This document shows, one piece after another, positions 10,379 through 18,687 of a stretch of 64,000 nt of DNA (the stretch's first letter is position 1; every line of letters starts with the position of its first letter). Made by a program: the position numbers and the translations under genes. The notes beneath the pieces were generated by a model. The model was given only the letters and a program-made list of their open reading frames with translations, made no database searches and was not told the origin of the DNA. Source of the DNA: Desulfatiglandales bacterium (GTDB lineage: Bacteria; Desulfobacterota; DSM-4660; Desulfatiglandales; Desulfatiglandaceae); assembly GCA_963662465.1 (NCBI GenBank), contig OY759599.1, positions 4,288,001 through 4,352,000 of the forward strand. Direction: 5' to 3'.

Positions 10379-11364
10379 ATACCCCGAACCTGCCGGCACA
10401 ACAGCTCAAACTGTTCGGGATAAAGGGACTGAGGGCCGTCGCTCAATGCCTCTTCAGGGGCATTATGAACCTCCACCATCAAGCCGTGCGCCTCCACCGC
10501 CACAGCGGCCCTGCTCAGGGGAATCACCTGATCCCGCCTTCCCGCCGCATGGCTGGGGTCAATAATGATGGGCAGATGACTTTCCCGCTGAACCACGGGG
10601 ACAGCGGAGAGATCAAGGGTATTCCGGCTGTGATTTACAAAGGTGCGAACGCCCCTTTCACACAGGACAACCTGGGAATTCCCTTCCGCAAGGATATATT
10701 CCGCCGCCATCAACCATTCATCGATGGTGGCGGCAAAGCCTCTTTTAAGGAGTATCGGCTTCTTACACAGGCCCGCCCGTCGCAGAAGGCTGAAATTCTG
10801 CATGTTCCGGGTCCCGATCTGGACCATATCCGCGTATTTCTCAACCGCATCAAAATTTTCGTAGTCCAGGACCTCGGTCACCACCGGCATTCCGGTAACA
10901 TCTCTTACCCGGGCAAGAATTTTTAATCCCTCCAGACCCAAGCCCTGAAATGAATAGGGCGAGGTCCTCGGCTTGAAGGCCCCGCCCCGAAAGATATGGG
11001 CGCCTGCTGCCTTGACCAGCGTTGCAATTTCCAGGGCCCGGGCTTCGCTCTCTATGGCACATGGCCCCGCGATAAGGGTCAGATGGCCGGTTCCGATCTT
11101 AACCCCCTTCACATTCACGATGGTATCTTCCTTTTTAAATTCCCGACTAACCAATTTGTAGGGTCTTGTGACCGGAATGGCTTCTTTAACGCCTTTCATG
11201 GCCAGAAATTTTGATCCGTCAACAGGCCCCTTGTTATTCAGGATGCCGATGGATACCCTTTCTCCTCCCGGTATGGGACGAGACGTATAACCATTTTCCG
11301 TTACGGCCGACATCACCGAATCAATCTGTTCCTTTGTTGCATCCTTGTGCATGACCAGCAGCAT
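10327..11364 (-). CDS. aroF: 3-deoxy-7-phosphoheptulonate (DAHP) synthase, class I-beta with N-terminal regulatory domain
   Basis: IAGPCAIES, RGGAFKPRTSPYSFQG, QIGTRNMQNF, LCERG, IDPSH, SDGPQSL. Confidence 0.95.
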   Translation of the reverse strand: MLLVMHKDATKEQIDSVMSAVTENGYTSRPIPGGERVSIGILNNKGPVDGSKFLAMKGVKEAIPVTRPYKLVSREFKKEDTIVNVKGVKIGTGHLTLIAGPCAIESEARALEIATLVKAAGAHIFRGGAFKPRTSPYSFQGLGLEGLKILARVRDVTGMPVVTEVLDYENFDAVEKYADMVQIGTRNMQNFSLLRRAGLCKKPILLKRGFAATIDEWLMAAEYILAEGNSQVVLCERGVRTFVNHSRNTLDLSAVPVVQRESHLPIIIDPSHAAGRRDQVIPLSRAAVAVEAHGLMVEVHNAPEEALSDGPQSLYPEQFELLCRQVRGIYGNLRENGCEAPGASS

Positions 11365-11416
11365 TTTCTTTTCTCCTATTCATGAGATTTACAGTGCCTG
11401 AACTCAGAGCCTGTTT

Positions 11417-11452
11417 AAAAAAAAAGGGCCGGAAGAATTTTCCCCCGACCCC
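11417..11452 (-). terminator. Second intrinsic terminator-like hairpin in the aroF leader
   Basis: Minus strand GGGTCGGGGGAA-AA-TTCTTCCGGCCC followed by T9. Confidence 0.6.
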
Positions 11453-11454
11453 TG

Positions 11455-11497
11455 AAACAAAAAAGGACCGTGGGCTCTTGAAGAGCCCACGGTCCTT
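11455..11497 (-). terminator. Attenuator terminator of the aroF leader
   Basis: Perfect 17-bp inverted repeat AAGGACCGTGGGCTCTT/AAGAGCCCACGGTCCTT followed by a U-tract on the minus strand. Confidence 0.85.
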
Positions 11498-11526
11498 GAA
11501 TTCTATGTTAACGGCGGTTGCCTATA

Positions 11527-11607
11527 TTAACTGGACCATACACCCCTCCCGGTGTTAAACCAGCGCCACCACCAAAAATGACGAAATATTGAATTTGAGT
11601 TTTTCAT
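11527..11607 (-). CDS. Trp/Phe-rich leader peptide MKNSNSIFRHFWWWRWFNTGRGVWSS
   Basis: 26-codon ORF with TGG TGG TGG CGC TGG, upstream of a terminator and aroF. Confidence 0.88.
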   Translation of the reverse strand: MKNSNSIFRHFWWWRWFNTGRGVWSS

Positions 11608-11651
11608 GCGTTATTCGACCTTTTTCTCAGCTTTGATCTTTAATTTTAGGG

Positions 11652-11680
11652 ATTGTACTGAAAAAAAAATTGTATTGCAA
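11652..11680 (-). promoter_or_regulatory. sigma70 promoter for leader-aroF
   Basis: Minus strand TTGCAA-17 bp-TACAAT. Confidence 0.6.
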
Positions 11681-12575
11681 CGTTTTTTTTACCCCATCAC
11701 CTCACCGGAGCGGCGCTGGTTCAGGGGAAAACGGTGGTTTGCGAATGCGCCCATAGGCGGCAACAGGGTCTTCCCCCGCCTTCAAGGCGCCCAAATGAGT
11801 AGGTACAGGAACTCCTCTGCAATCCAGTTCATCAATGGACCGGTATCGTCCATCTGCTTCGACGCCAAAGAGCAACGCACAATCAAGAGGCGTCTCATAC
11901 AACATCAAAAGAGCGTTTCTGTATCCAAAAAGCTCGAAACTCACCGCGCACCGGTTGACCGCTGGAATCTCCGGAATGGGAAAACGAATCGAACTCAGCC
12001 TCGTAGACAACGGATAAGCCATAAAAGCCCACCTCAAACTCCTGACCCCTGCCTCTTCTTTACACCTCGACATCTTGGCGCGAGACCTCAAAACAAGTTT
12101 ACAAAAATACCGCCGACTTCCGGCCTTCCTGCCCCTGTCTTCCTCTTCAGATTTGAGTTTCCGCTTGCCTCTGCGGGAGACTCTCTACTGCTTTTCCGTA
12201 CGTCCCGGATTTCCCCGTCAGACCCACCGGGACCTAAACAAGTTTACAAATTGGTAACGGTCCCCCATTATACTTTTTTATAATTTTATGGACGCCCCGA
12301 AAACCATGTTCAAGCAAACCGTGTCACCTGCCCGCCATTGCTACACCGGATCACCATCGGCTTTCTGTAGGCGTTGTCAGGCGGGTCCATACTAAAAAAA
12401 ATAATTTGTCTGTCCCTATTCCTCCTACTCTTATTCCAAGGTGTTCAACCGGGGTGCAAAAATAGATTTGGATAACGTACCAAAGGTGGCAACATTCCCC
12501 ATTCCAAAGCCCACTTCTTCTTATTCGCACAATTCTTATTGACAAGCTGCCCCATAATAGGTACACGGAAATCAT

Positions 12576-12889
12576 ATGGCTTTAAAAAGAAAAATCATTG
12601 ATGTTCAGTTCTATATGTCAGACCATGGGAGTATCCCGGTTAAGAAATGGCTGAAGGAATTATCTCCTGCAGATAGGAAGAATATTGGTGATGATATCCG
12701 AACGGTTGAATTTGGGTGGCCGGTTGGCATGCCGCTCGTAAGAAAACTCCATACTGATTTGTAGGAAGTCCGCTCTAATCTGGCAAACAACCGGATTTCA
12801 AGAGTCCTTTCAATGAATCGGTGATATTGCATACCTTAAGAAAAGCAGCTCATGCAGTCGGCCGAACACTGAAGCTCGAACTGGCCTAA
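12576..12889 (+). pseudogene. Decayed type II toxin-antitoxin pair: RelE/Gp49-like toxin fused by deletion to the C-terminal tail of an HTH antitoxin
   Basis: PVKKWLKEL...GWPVGMPLVRKLHTDL*EVRSNL (TAG at 12762 where Trp is expected), then abrupt switch to NESVILHTLRKAAHAVGRTLKLELA*. Confidence 0.78.
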
Positions 12890-12934
12890 GCGCCTGTTTA
12901 AAAATTATCCCTGCTGCGGTCGACTGCGGCTTCC

Positions 12935-13090
12935 GAAGGATTTATCCGCCTCAGGGCTCAAAACACGAACAGGCGTCAAACAAGCCTCATCAAATTCGCG
13001 CATGGTCTTTTTGTCGACCGCGCTAATCTCATGGAGTGCCTCCATGGTTTCATGGATCGCCGCAAAAGCTTCGCTTCTATATCTCTCAGA
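12935..13090 (-). pseudogene. N-terminal fragment of a HigA2/YiaG-like XRE antitoxin
   Basis: RYRSEAFAAIHETMEALHEISAVDKKTMREFDEACLTPVRVLSPE; no start codon, HTH missing. Confidence 0.72.
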
Positions 13091-13227
13091 GTTCCTGGTA
13101 AATGACCTTTACACAACCTAACTGTTTGAAATCGTCATACGGGAGCCTCTCATAATTTCGTGTGCATTTCAGATTTTGGTTCGGTATAACTAGCTGAAAA
13201 CATTAGATTGTGGAAAATATTTCTTTA

Positions 13228-13256
13228 TTGACAAATGAAAACTGAAAAATTATCTT
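13228..13256 (+). promoter_or_regulatory. sigma70 promoter of the transposase, probably leaderless
   Basis: TTGACA-17 bp-TATCTT ending 6 nt before the ATG at 13263; no Shine-Dalgarno. Confidence 0.55.
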
Positions 13257-14648
13257 CAGACCATGATTGTCAAAACAGCAAAAATTAGCAACCTATCCGT
13301 ATGGACCGAGCGGGATTGGAAGGAAAAAATCACTGTTACGGTTTATCATAAGTATCGTCCTGTCGTCAGTTTCGATCCTGGGAAGATAAATGATAGGAGA
13401 CTCGCTGCCGTACAACTTGTCGAGCTTGGTTATTGTAAAAACCGGGTTGCCGGTAAAATCTGTGGGTTTCACCGCAATACGGTTGGCAAACTGCTTCGCA
13501 CCAAAAGACTTTTAGGTGTTGAGGCCATATTTGAGGACAACCGTGGTCCCAAGACTCCCTGGAAATATATTGTCAGCATTCGCAAAACCATCAAGAAACT
13601 CATCCGCGAGAATCCTGACTGGACTGACCAGCAAATTGCAAATGCTGCGGAAAAGCAAACTGAAACGACTATTTCGAGAAGTGCTGTAGCTCGTATCAGA
13701 ACCGCGGACCAAGATGCAGAAACTGAAAAGCCTACAAAGCATGACTTGGAGCAACTGGCTAAAATTGCGGATAGCATTGATCTGAAGCAACACGACGAGC
13801 GACAGCTTTCTTTCAACTTTGAAGCTGATTCTAAGTTCAAAAAGAAGGTAGATGAATTTGCTGATGAGGATACACCCAAGCCACAAACCGATACAGATAA
13901 AGTATTCCTGGATTATCTTCAACAGGGACAACGCAATGTCTTTGCCGGCATGCTTCTTCACCATCTGTTTTTAGATCATATCAACTTCCCAAATGCCTTT
14001 GATTTACCTTCTTATGCCAATAATATGTATGATAATTATGAAGTGATGGAAACTGTCCTTTTCGGGTTGAACATCGGGTTGCCATCTATCGAATCCCATA
14101 AGCTGGTCAACAGTAGGGACATGGGGCTTTTGCTGGGACGAACCAGTTCCCCCGATGAGACCACTATTCGGTTGCGTTTAAAACAGATGGCCGAGTTCAA
14201 GCCCTCAGAGAGCCTGATAGATTATTTTGCAAACCTGTTTCTATCGTTGGGGTTCATCAACCCGGAGGTGTTTTTTATCGATGGGCACTTCCTTCCCTAT
14301 TATGGACTGAAAGTTCTATCCAAAGGCTACCATACCGTGAGACGAATTGTCATGAAAGGAAACGAGATTTATGTTGTCAGCGACCTTGACGGGAAGCCTT
14401 TCTTTTCAATTACCGAAGGGTGTGATATCGATTTCAGGCCGATCATCATAAGAGCAGCCGACAAGATAATCAGCCTGGATATCGACCGCCCCATTGTGGT
14501 TTTTGATCGCGGTGGTTATGGTGTTCACTTTTTCAGTCAATTATCGACAAGGGCCGACTTTATTACGTGGGCCAGGTATTTGAAAAAAGACGAATTTAAA
14601 GACTTGGAATATACGAACTGCTTGATGTTTAATGGGAAAAGGTATTTC

Positions 14649-14803
14649 GGTTCATCGCGGATTAACGTGAAATCGCGCTTTGAGATTGTTTCGGTTCGGG
14701 CTGTAGGTGCGACTTCAGTCGCACAGGGTCGGCTTAATGTGCGACTGAAGTCGCACCTACAATCGGCTCAGAAGCCAAATCTCACGCGAATCCACGATGA
14801 GCC
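14649..14803. mobile_element. 155-bp MITE with 22-bp imperfect TIRs and 8-bp target-site duplication
   Basis: GGTATTTC at 14641-14648 and 14804-14811; TIR GGTTCATCGCGGATTAACGTGA versus reverse complement GGCTCATCGTGGATTCGCGTGA (18/22). Confidence 0.88.
14702..14761. repeat. Inverted REP doublet (REPIN-like)
   Basis: TGTAGGTGCGACTTCAGTCGCACA, 12-bp spacer, then its perfect reverse complement; each unit has GTAG plus an internal GTGCGACT/AGTCGCAC stem. Confidence 0.88.
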
Positions 14804-15736
14804 GGTATTTCATTGCCGAGAAAACAAAACTGATTCGTGAATCGATTTCTACCGTTGCCAAAGAAGGCCGAACAGAGGCAACTTCGACAGAGGTGCGTAT
14901 GGTTGTTTTCAAGGAATTGGATAAAGATGGGGCAATTGGCGCTTTCTAAACAACAAACAGAGTCCAAAATAGAAGCACGAAAAGATCTTCGTCTTGAAAA
15001 AAAGCTAAACACGTTCCAGGAAGAAATAGAGAAATACGACAAAGAGCTTAACGGTTTTCAGGCAGCCTTAAAAGAAATGCCTGACAAAGTATCGATAATT
15101 GAAGTGCTGCAAAACAGACCAATGAACAAGGCAGATCTGGAGAAAAAGAAGCTCTACGACCTGATACAAATGATTGCCTTTCACTCACGCGAGCATCTGG
15201 TTGGCCTGTTCCGTTCATGTTATGATGATCCGCGGGATGTGAAACAGCTCCTGACAAAGATCACAAAACTCCCTGGTTATGTGAAATTAGTCGGGAAAAC
15301 ACTTGTTGTGCTTTTGGATTGGATAGAGGACAAAAAACATCGGAAGGCAGCAACAAGATTTTGCCATCTGATAAACACTATGTCGCCCAAATTGAGGGGT
15401 CGCATGGAGTTCGACCTTTATTTTCGTATCTCCTCAATCCCTCAAGTGGGTTATTGCTGTTAAAGCCTCGATCATCGTTTCAGGTATCCTACGCAGGGTA
15501 TCGTGTTTCGACCACATGTAGGGGCAAAAAATCTTTCGCCCTAATGCCGAAACAATGATCAAGGCCGCTGTTGAACTAAATGCACAATTTGAATTGAGAA
15601 AAAACGTCATTTACTATGATGTCTGATTTGCGGCATGTTGAACAACATTTATGAAATGCGGAAAAATGCCCTGAAGCGGGAAAAGCTTTCAGAGATCAAG
15701 GTTATCCCTGAAAGCATCCCACTGCCGAACCTTCAA

Positions 15737-16675
15737 TTAAGCGAGTTTTCCAACGGCATCCAGAATCTCCTGATAATTGGGTTCTTCACTCACCTCATTC
15801 ACCAACTGGATGTATTGTATGACCCCTTCACGGTCCACCACAAAAACAGAACGCGCCAGCAATTTCAGTTCCTTGATCCAAACGCCGTATGCATTGCCAA
15901 AAGACCTGTCGGCATAGTCGGACAGGGTGACAACCTTGTCGACCCCGGCGGCGCCGCACCATCTTTTCTGAGCAAAGGGGAGGTCCATGCTCACGGTAAT
16001 GATGGCCACATCGTCCCCCAGAGCGCCGACCTCTTCGTTAAACCTTCGAGTTTCCATATCACATACCGGCGTATCCAATGACGGCACCGAAGAAATGATG
16101 CAAACCTTCCCGCGATAAGAGGATAACGATACAGGTTCCAGATCGTTATTGACCAATACCACCTCCGGCGCCATGTCGCCGATATTAAGCTCCCGACCCT
16201 CCAATGTCAGCGGATTTCCCTTCATGGTAATCTTGCCGAAACGCTCACCCATCGCTTTTCCGTAATTCCGGCAAGCCGTTATCCCTTCCTCCGTTGGAAC
16301 CACCGGTTCCTTCAAATCCAGGGCGCCAAGCTTCAACATATCCATCTTCAACACAAATTCCATGGTCTCAAAAATCAGTTTTCCCGCCTCTCCGCTATGC
16401 AGGTAAGAACCGAAGGCCCCACCCATTTTGCCATTGAGATCGGCCTTCCTGACCAAAACAAGAAAATTCTGCATATCAGCGGTCATGTTCCTGTAAAAGG
16501 TGGGAGATCCAAAAAAGTAGCCATCATAACCTTTCAGGGTCTCAGGATCTTTTAATTCCAGGACCTTTTTAACCACCGCCTCATTGCCGCTCCGTCGAAT
16601 ACCCTCGGCAATATTTTCCGCCATTTTCCGCGTATAACCCGTCGTGCTGACATAGGCCACCAGGAATTTCTTCAT
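15737..16675 (-). CDS. Flavodoxin-thiol peroxidase (Tpx) fusion protein
   Basis: N-terminal flavodoxin (YVSTTGYT, FGSPT, GAFGSY) in frame with Tpx (ITMKGNPLTL, VPSLDTPVC, SMDLPFAQKRWC, LLARSVFV); GGAGG upstream of ATG 16675. Confidence 0.88.
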   Translation of the reverse strand: MKKFLVAYVSTTGYTRKMAENIAEGIRRSGNEAVVKKVLELKDPETLKGYDGYFFGSPTFYRNMTADMQNFLVLVRKADLNGKMGGAFGSYLHSGEAGKLIFETMEFVLKMDMLKLGALDLKEPVVPTEEGITACRNYGKAMGERFGKITMKGNPLTLEGRELNIGDMAPEVVLVNNDLEPVSLSSYRGKVCIISSVPSLDTPVCDMETRRFNEEVGALGDDVAIITVSMDLPFAQKRWCGAAGVDKVVTLSDYADRSFGNAYGVWIKELKLLARSVFVVDREGVIQYIQLVNEVSEEPNYQEILDAVGKLA

Positions 16676-16760
16676 TGCATATCCTCCATCGTTCTTTATT
16701 ATTATTGAGTCCCCCTGAAATGCAGGGGGGGGGGAGGGAATTAGTGTTTTCGGCAAAGGA

Positions 16761-17207
16761 TCAGGCTCCGAATTTTTGTCCCACGGCCTTTCCATATTCC
16801 TGACAGGCGCTTAAGCCGTCAGGTGTTGGGATGATCGCTTCTTTCAGATTAAGGGCGCCCAAACTCACCATGTCCATTTTAAAAACAAATTCCATAGTAT
16901 CAAAAACCATCTGGGCCGACTCCCCACTATGGGTGTAGGATCCAAAAGCGCCACCCATTTTACCCAGAAGATTGGCCCTTTCCGCAATAAAAAGGAAGGT
17001 CTTCATGCCGCTGGTCATATCCCGATGGTATGTTGGACAACCAAAGATATAGCCATCATACCCTGCAAGGTCCTTTGCATTCTTGATGTCTGAAACCTTT
17101 TTCAAAATCGGATCATTCCCGCTGAAACGAATGCCTTCCGCAATAAACTCAGCCATCTTCTGGGTATTTCCGGTCCGGCTTACATAGGCTACCAAATTTT
17201 TTTTCAT
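16761..17207 (-). CDS. Flavodoxin-domain protein
   Basis: YVSRTGNTQKMA, FGCPTY, GAFGSY. Confidence 0.9.
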   Translation of the reverse strand: MKKNLVAYVSRTGNTQKMAEFIAEGIRFSGNDPILKKVSDIKNAKDLAGYDGYIFGCPTYHRDMTSGMKTFLFIAERANLLGKMGGAFGSYTHSGESAQMVFDTMEFVFKMDMVSLGALNLKEAIIPTPDGLSACQEYGKAVGQKFGA

Positions 17208-17238
17208 CTGTTTATTCTCCCTTTCGTTATGCTGCTAT

Positions 17239-17736
17239 TCATATGACTTTATTGAAAGCTTTTGCCAGAGCGCTGCATACCGGACACTTCTCCGGAGGCT
17301 CATCCTCGCAGGTAAACCCGCACACGGAGCAGACATAATAGCAATCCACATCTTTGGGATTCTCCAGACTTTCCAGAGCCTTTTCGTATAATCCCGCATG
17401 CACTTTTTCTACATCATTGGCAAAGGAAAAAGAACGTACCGCCGACTTGTTGCCCTCTTTCTCCGCCTCTTCAATCATCGCCGGATACATTTCCTTAAAT
17501 TCATGGGTTTCCCCTTCAATGGCCGACTTCAGGTTTTCAGCGGTCGTCTTGACGCCCCCCAGGGTTCTCAAGTGGGCATGGGCATGAACGGTCTCGGCTT
17601 CGGCAGCCGCACGAAAAAGCCTGGCAACCTGAGAATATCCCTCATTGTCCGCCTTTTTAGCAAAGGCAAGATATTTTCGATTGGCTTGAGATTCCCCCGC
17701 AAATGCTTCCCAAAGGTTGTCTTCTGTTTTGCTCAT
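17239..17736 (-). CDS. rbr: Rubrerythrin
   Basis: AFAGESQA, EAETVHA, GETHE, EKVH and C-terminal CSVCG...CPVC rubredoxin domain. Confidence 0.93.
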   Translation of the reverse strand: MSKTEDNLWEAFAGESQANRKYLAFAKKADNEGYSQVARLFRAAAEAETVHAHAHLRTLGGVKTTAENLKSAIEGETHEFKEMYPAMIEEAEKEGNKSAVRSFSFANDVEKVHAGLYEKALESLENPKDVDCYYVCSVCGFTCEDEPPEKCPVCSALAKAFNKVI

Positions 17737-17852
17737 GATCTTATTCTCCTTTCGGCTTTTTGAAATTGAATAAAAGAAATTTCCCTGAGGGGCAATGCTC
17801 CCCCAAAAAAAGACATCAAACGACTTTTTTAGAATAAAGCTGCCTAACCCCA

Positions 17853-17869
17853 TTCATAATCCGTGCCGA
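17853..17869 (-). promoter_or_regulatory. Possible sigma54 promoter for the rbr operon
   Basis: Minus strand TCGGCACGGATTATGAA (GG-N10-GA; imperfect -12). Confidence 0.35.
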
Positions 17870-18226
17870 TAGTGCCCCAGGCAGAGAAAATTCAAAACAA
17901 ATCAATAATATCAAACATATAGTCTATTCATCGAACATGAAGGGTCTACCATCACCAACATTTTGAGACGTCTTGTACCGTAAGAGTATGGGGCATAATT
18001 GATTCAATAAAATCGCATTGCAATTTTTGACAACTTGGGGACAAAACGATAAGTGGATTTGAAAACTGTAATAAACTCAAATAAATTTCAACGACATGCG
18101 TTGCGTTTAAGATAGGAGAGCTAATGCAAAATAAAACAAAAAATTGTCGCCATAGCAATTTGGAGAGCTCAGCCGATCCGTCTCATCTCTATTTTGAGAC
18201 ATCATTGTCTCTTGAGACATCCACAA

Positions 18227-18535
18227 CTATTCAAACAAATCCTGCACCCAGGAAAGGGCTGCCGCCGCATTGGGATATCCGATGGTCGGCACCAGCAGGA
18301 TCAGGGCATGGCAAACTTCATCCGGGGTGGCGCCAGCCTCCACGGCCCGCCTTGCATGACTGTGAACCGCACCTTCGGATTTTTGTGTTGCCGCAGCCGC
18401 CAACTTGATCAATTGCACCATCTTATCATCCAGTGGTCCAGCGTTCTGAACCGCTTTTCCCAACTGATCGACAGCCTGCATGACGTCTTTGTACTCTTCC
18501 TGCAATTTCTGATAAAACTTGGGCATTTCACTCAT
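18227..18535 (-). CDS. Carboxymuconolactone decarboxylase/AhpD-like family protein
   Basis: AGPLDDKMVQLIKLA...EGAVHSHARRAVEAGATPDEV. Confidence 0.85.
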   Translation of the reverse strand: MSEMPKFYQKLQEEYKDVMQAVDQLGKAVQNAGPLDDKMVQLIKLAAAATQKSEGAVHSHARRAVEAGATPDEVCHALILLVPTIGYPNAAAALSWVQDLFE

Positions 18536-18687
18536 GATAAATCCTCCTTGAAAACACTCTAAACATGGGTTGATTAAAAAAATATAGTAGAAAAATAAGC
18601 TATTCGGCAATAACTGTCAAGGACAAGTCAGCAACCTTGGAAACATTTGGCATCAGGAAAAAACACCTGGGAAGATTGCCGATCTGA

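Larger units (their letters stand above)
13263..15463 (+). pseudogene. Transposase pseudogene (HTH plus DDE domain), interrupted by a MITE and an apparent internal deletion
   Basis: FFIDGHFLPYYG and VVFDRGGY motifs; split into ORFs 13263-14840 and 14837-15463. Confidence 0.8.
13153..15595 (+). mobile_element. Degenerate insertion sequence (DDE transposase, family unassigned)
   Basis: Transposase remnants flanked by imperfect inverted TGTGCATTT (13161-13169) and AAATGCACA (15578-15586); AT-richer than flanks; ends approximate. Confidence 0.6.

Noticed and set aside
11606..12283. 225-aa plus-strand ORF as a real gene
   Set aside because: No motifs, Arg/Pro/Ser-rich composition, overlaps the leader promoter
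12762..12764. Pyrrolysine or amber readthrough in the toxin
   Set aside because: Corresponds to a single-base Trp-to-stop change in a gene that is also truncated
15635..16081. Long antisense ORFs (also 31137-32264, 33900-34709, 48450-49811, 56678-58027)
   Set aside because: Shadow frames of well-supported genes on the other strand
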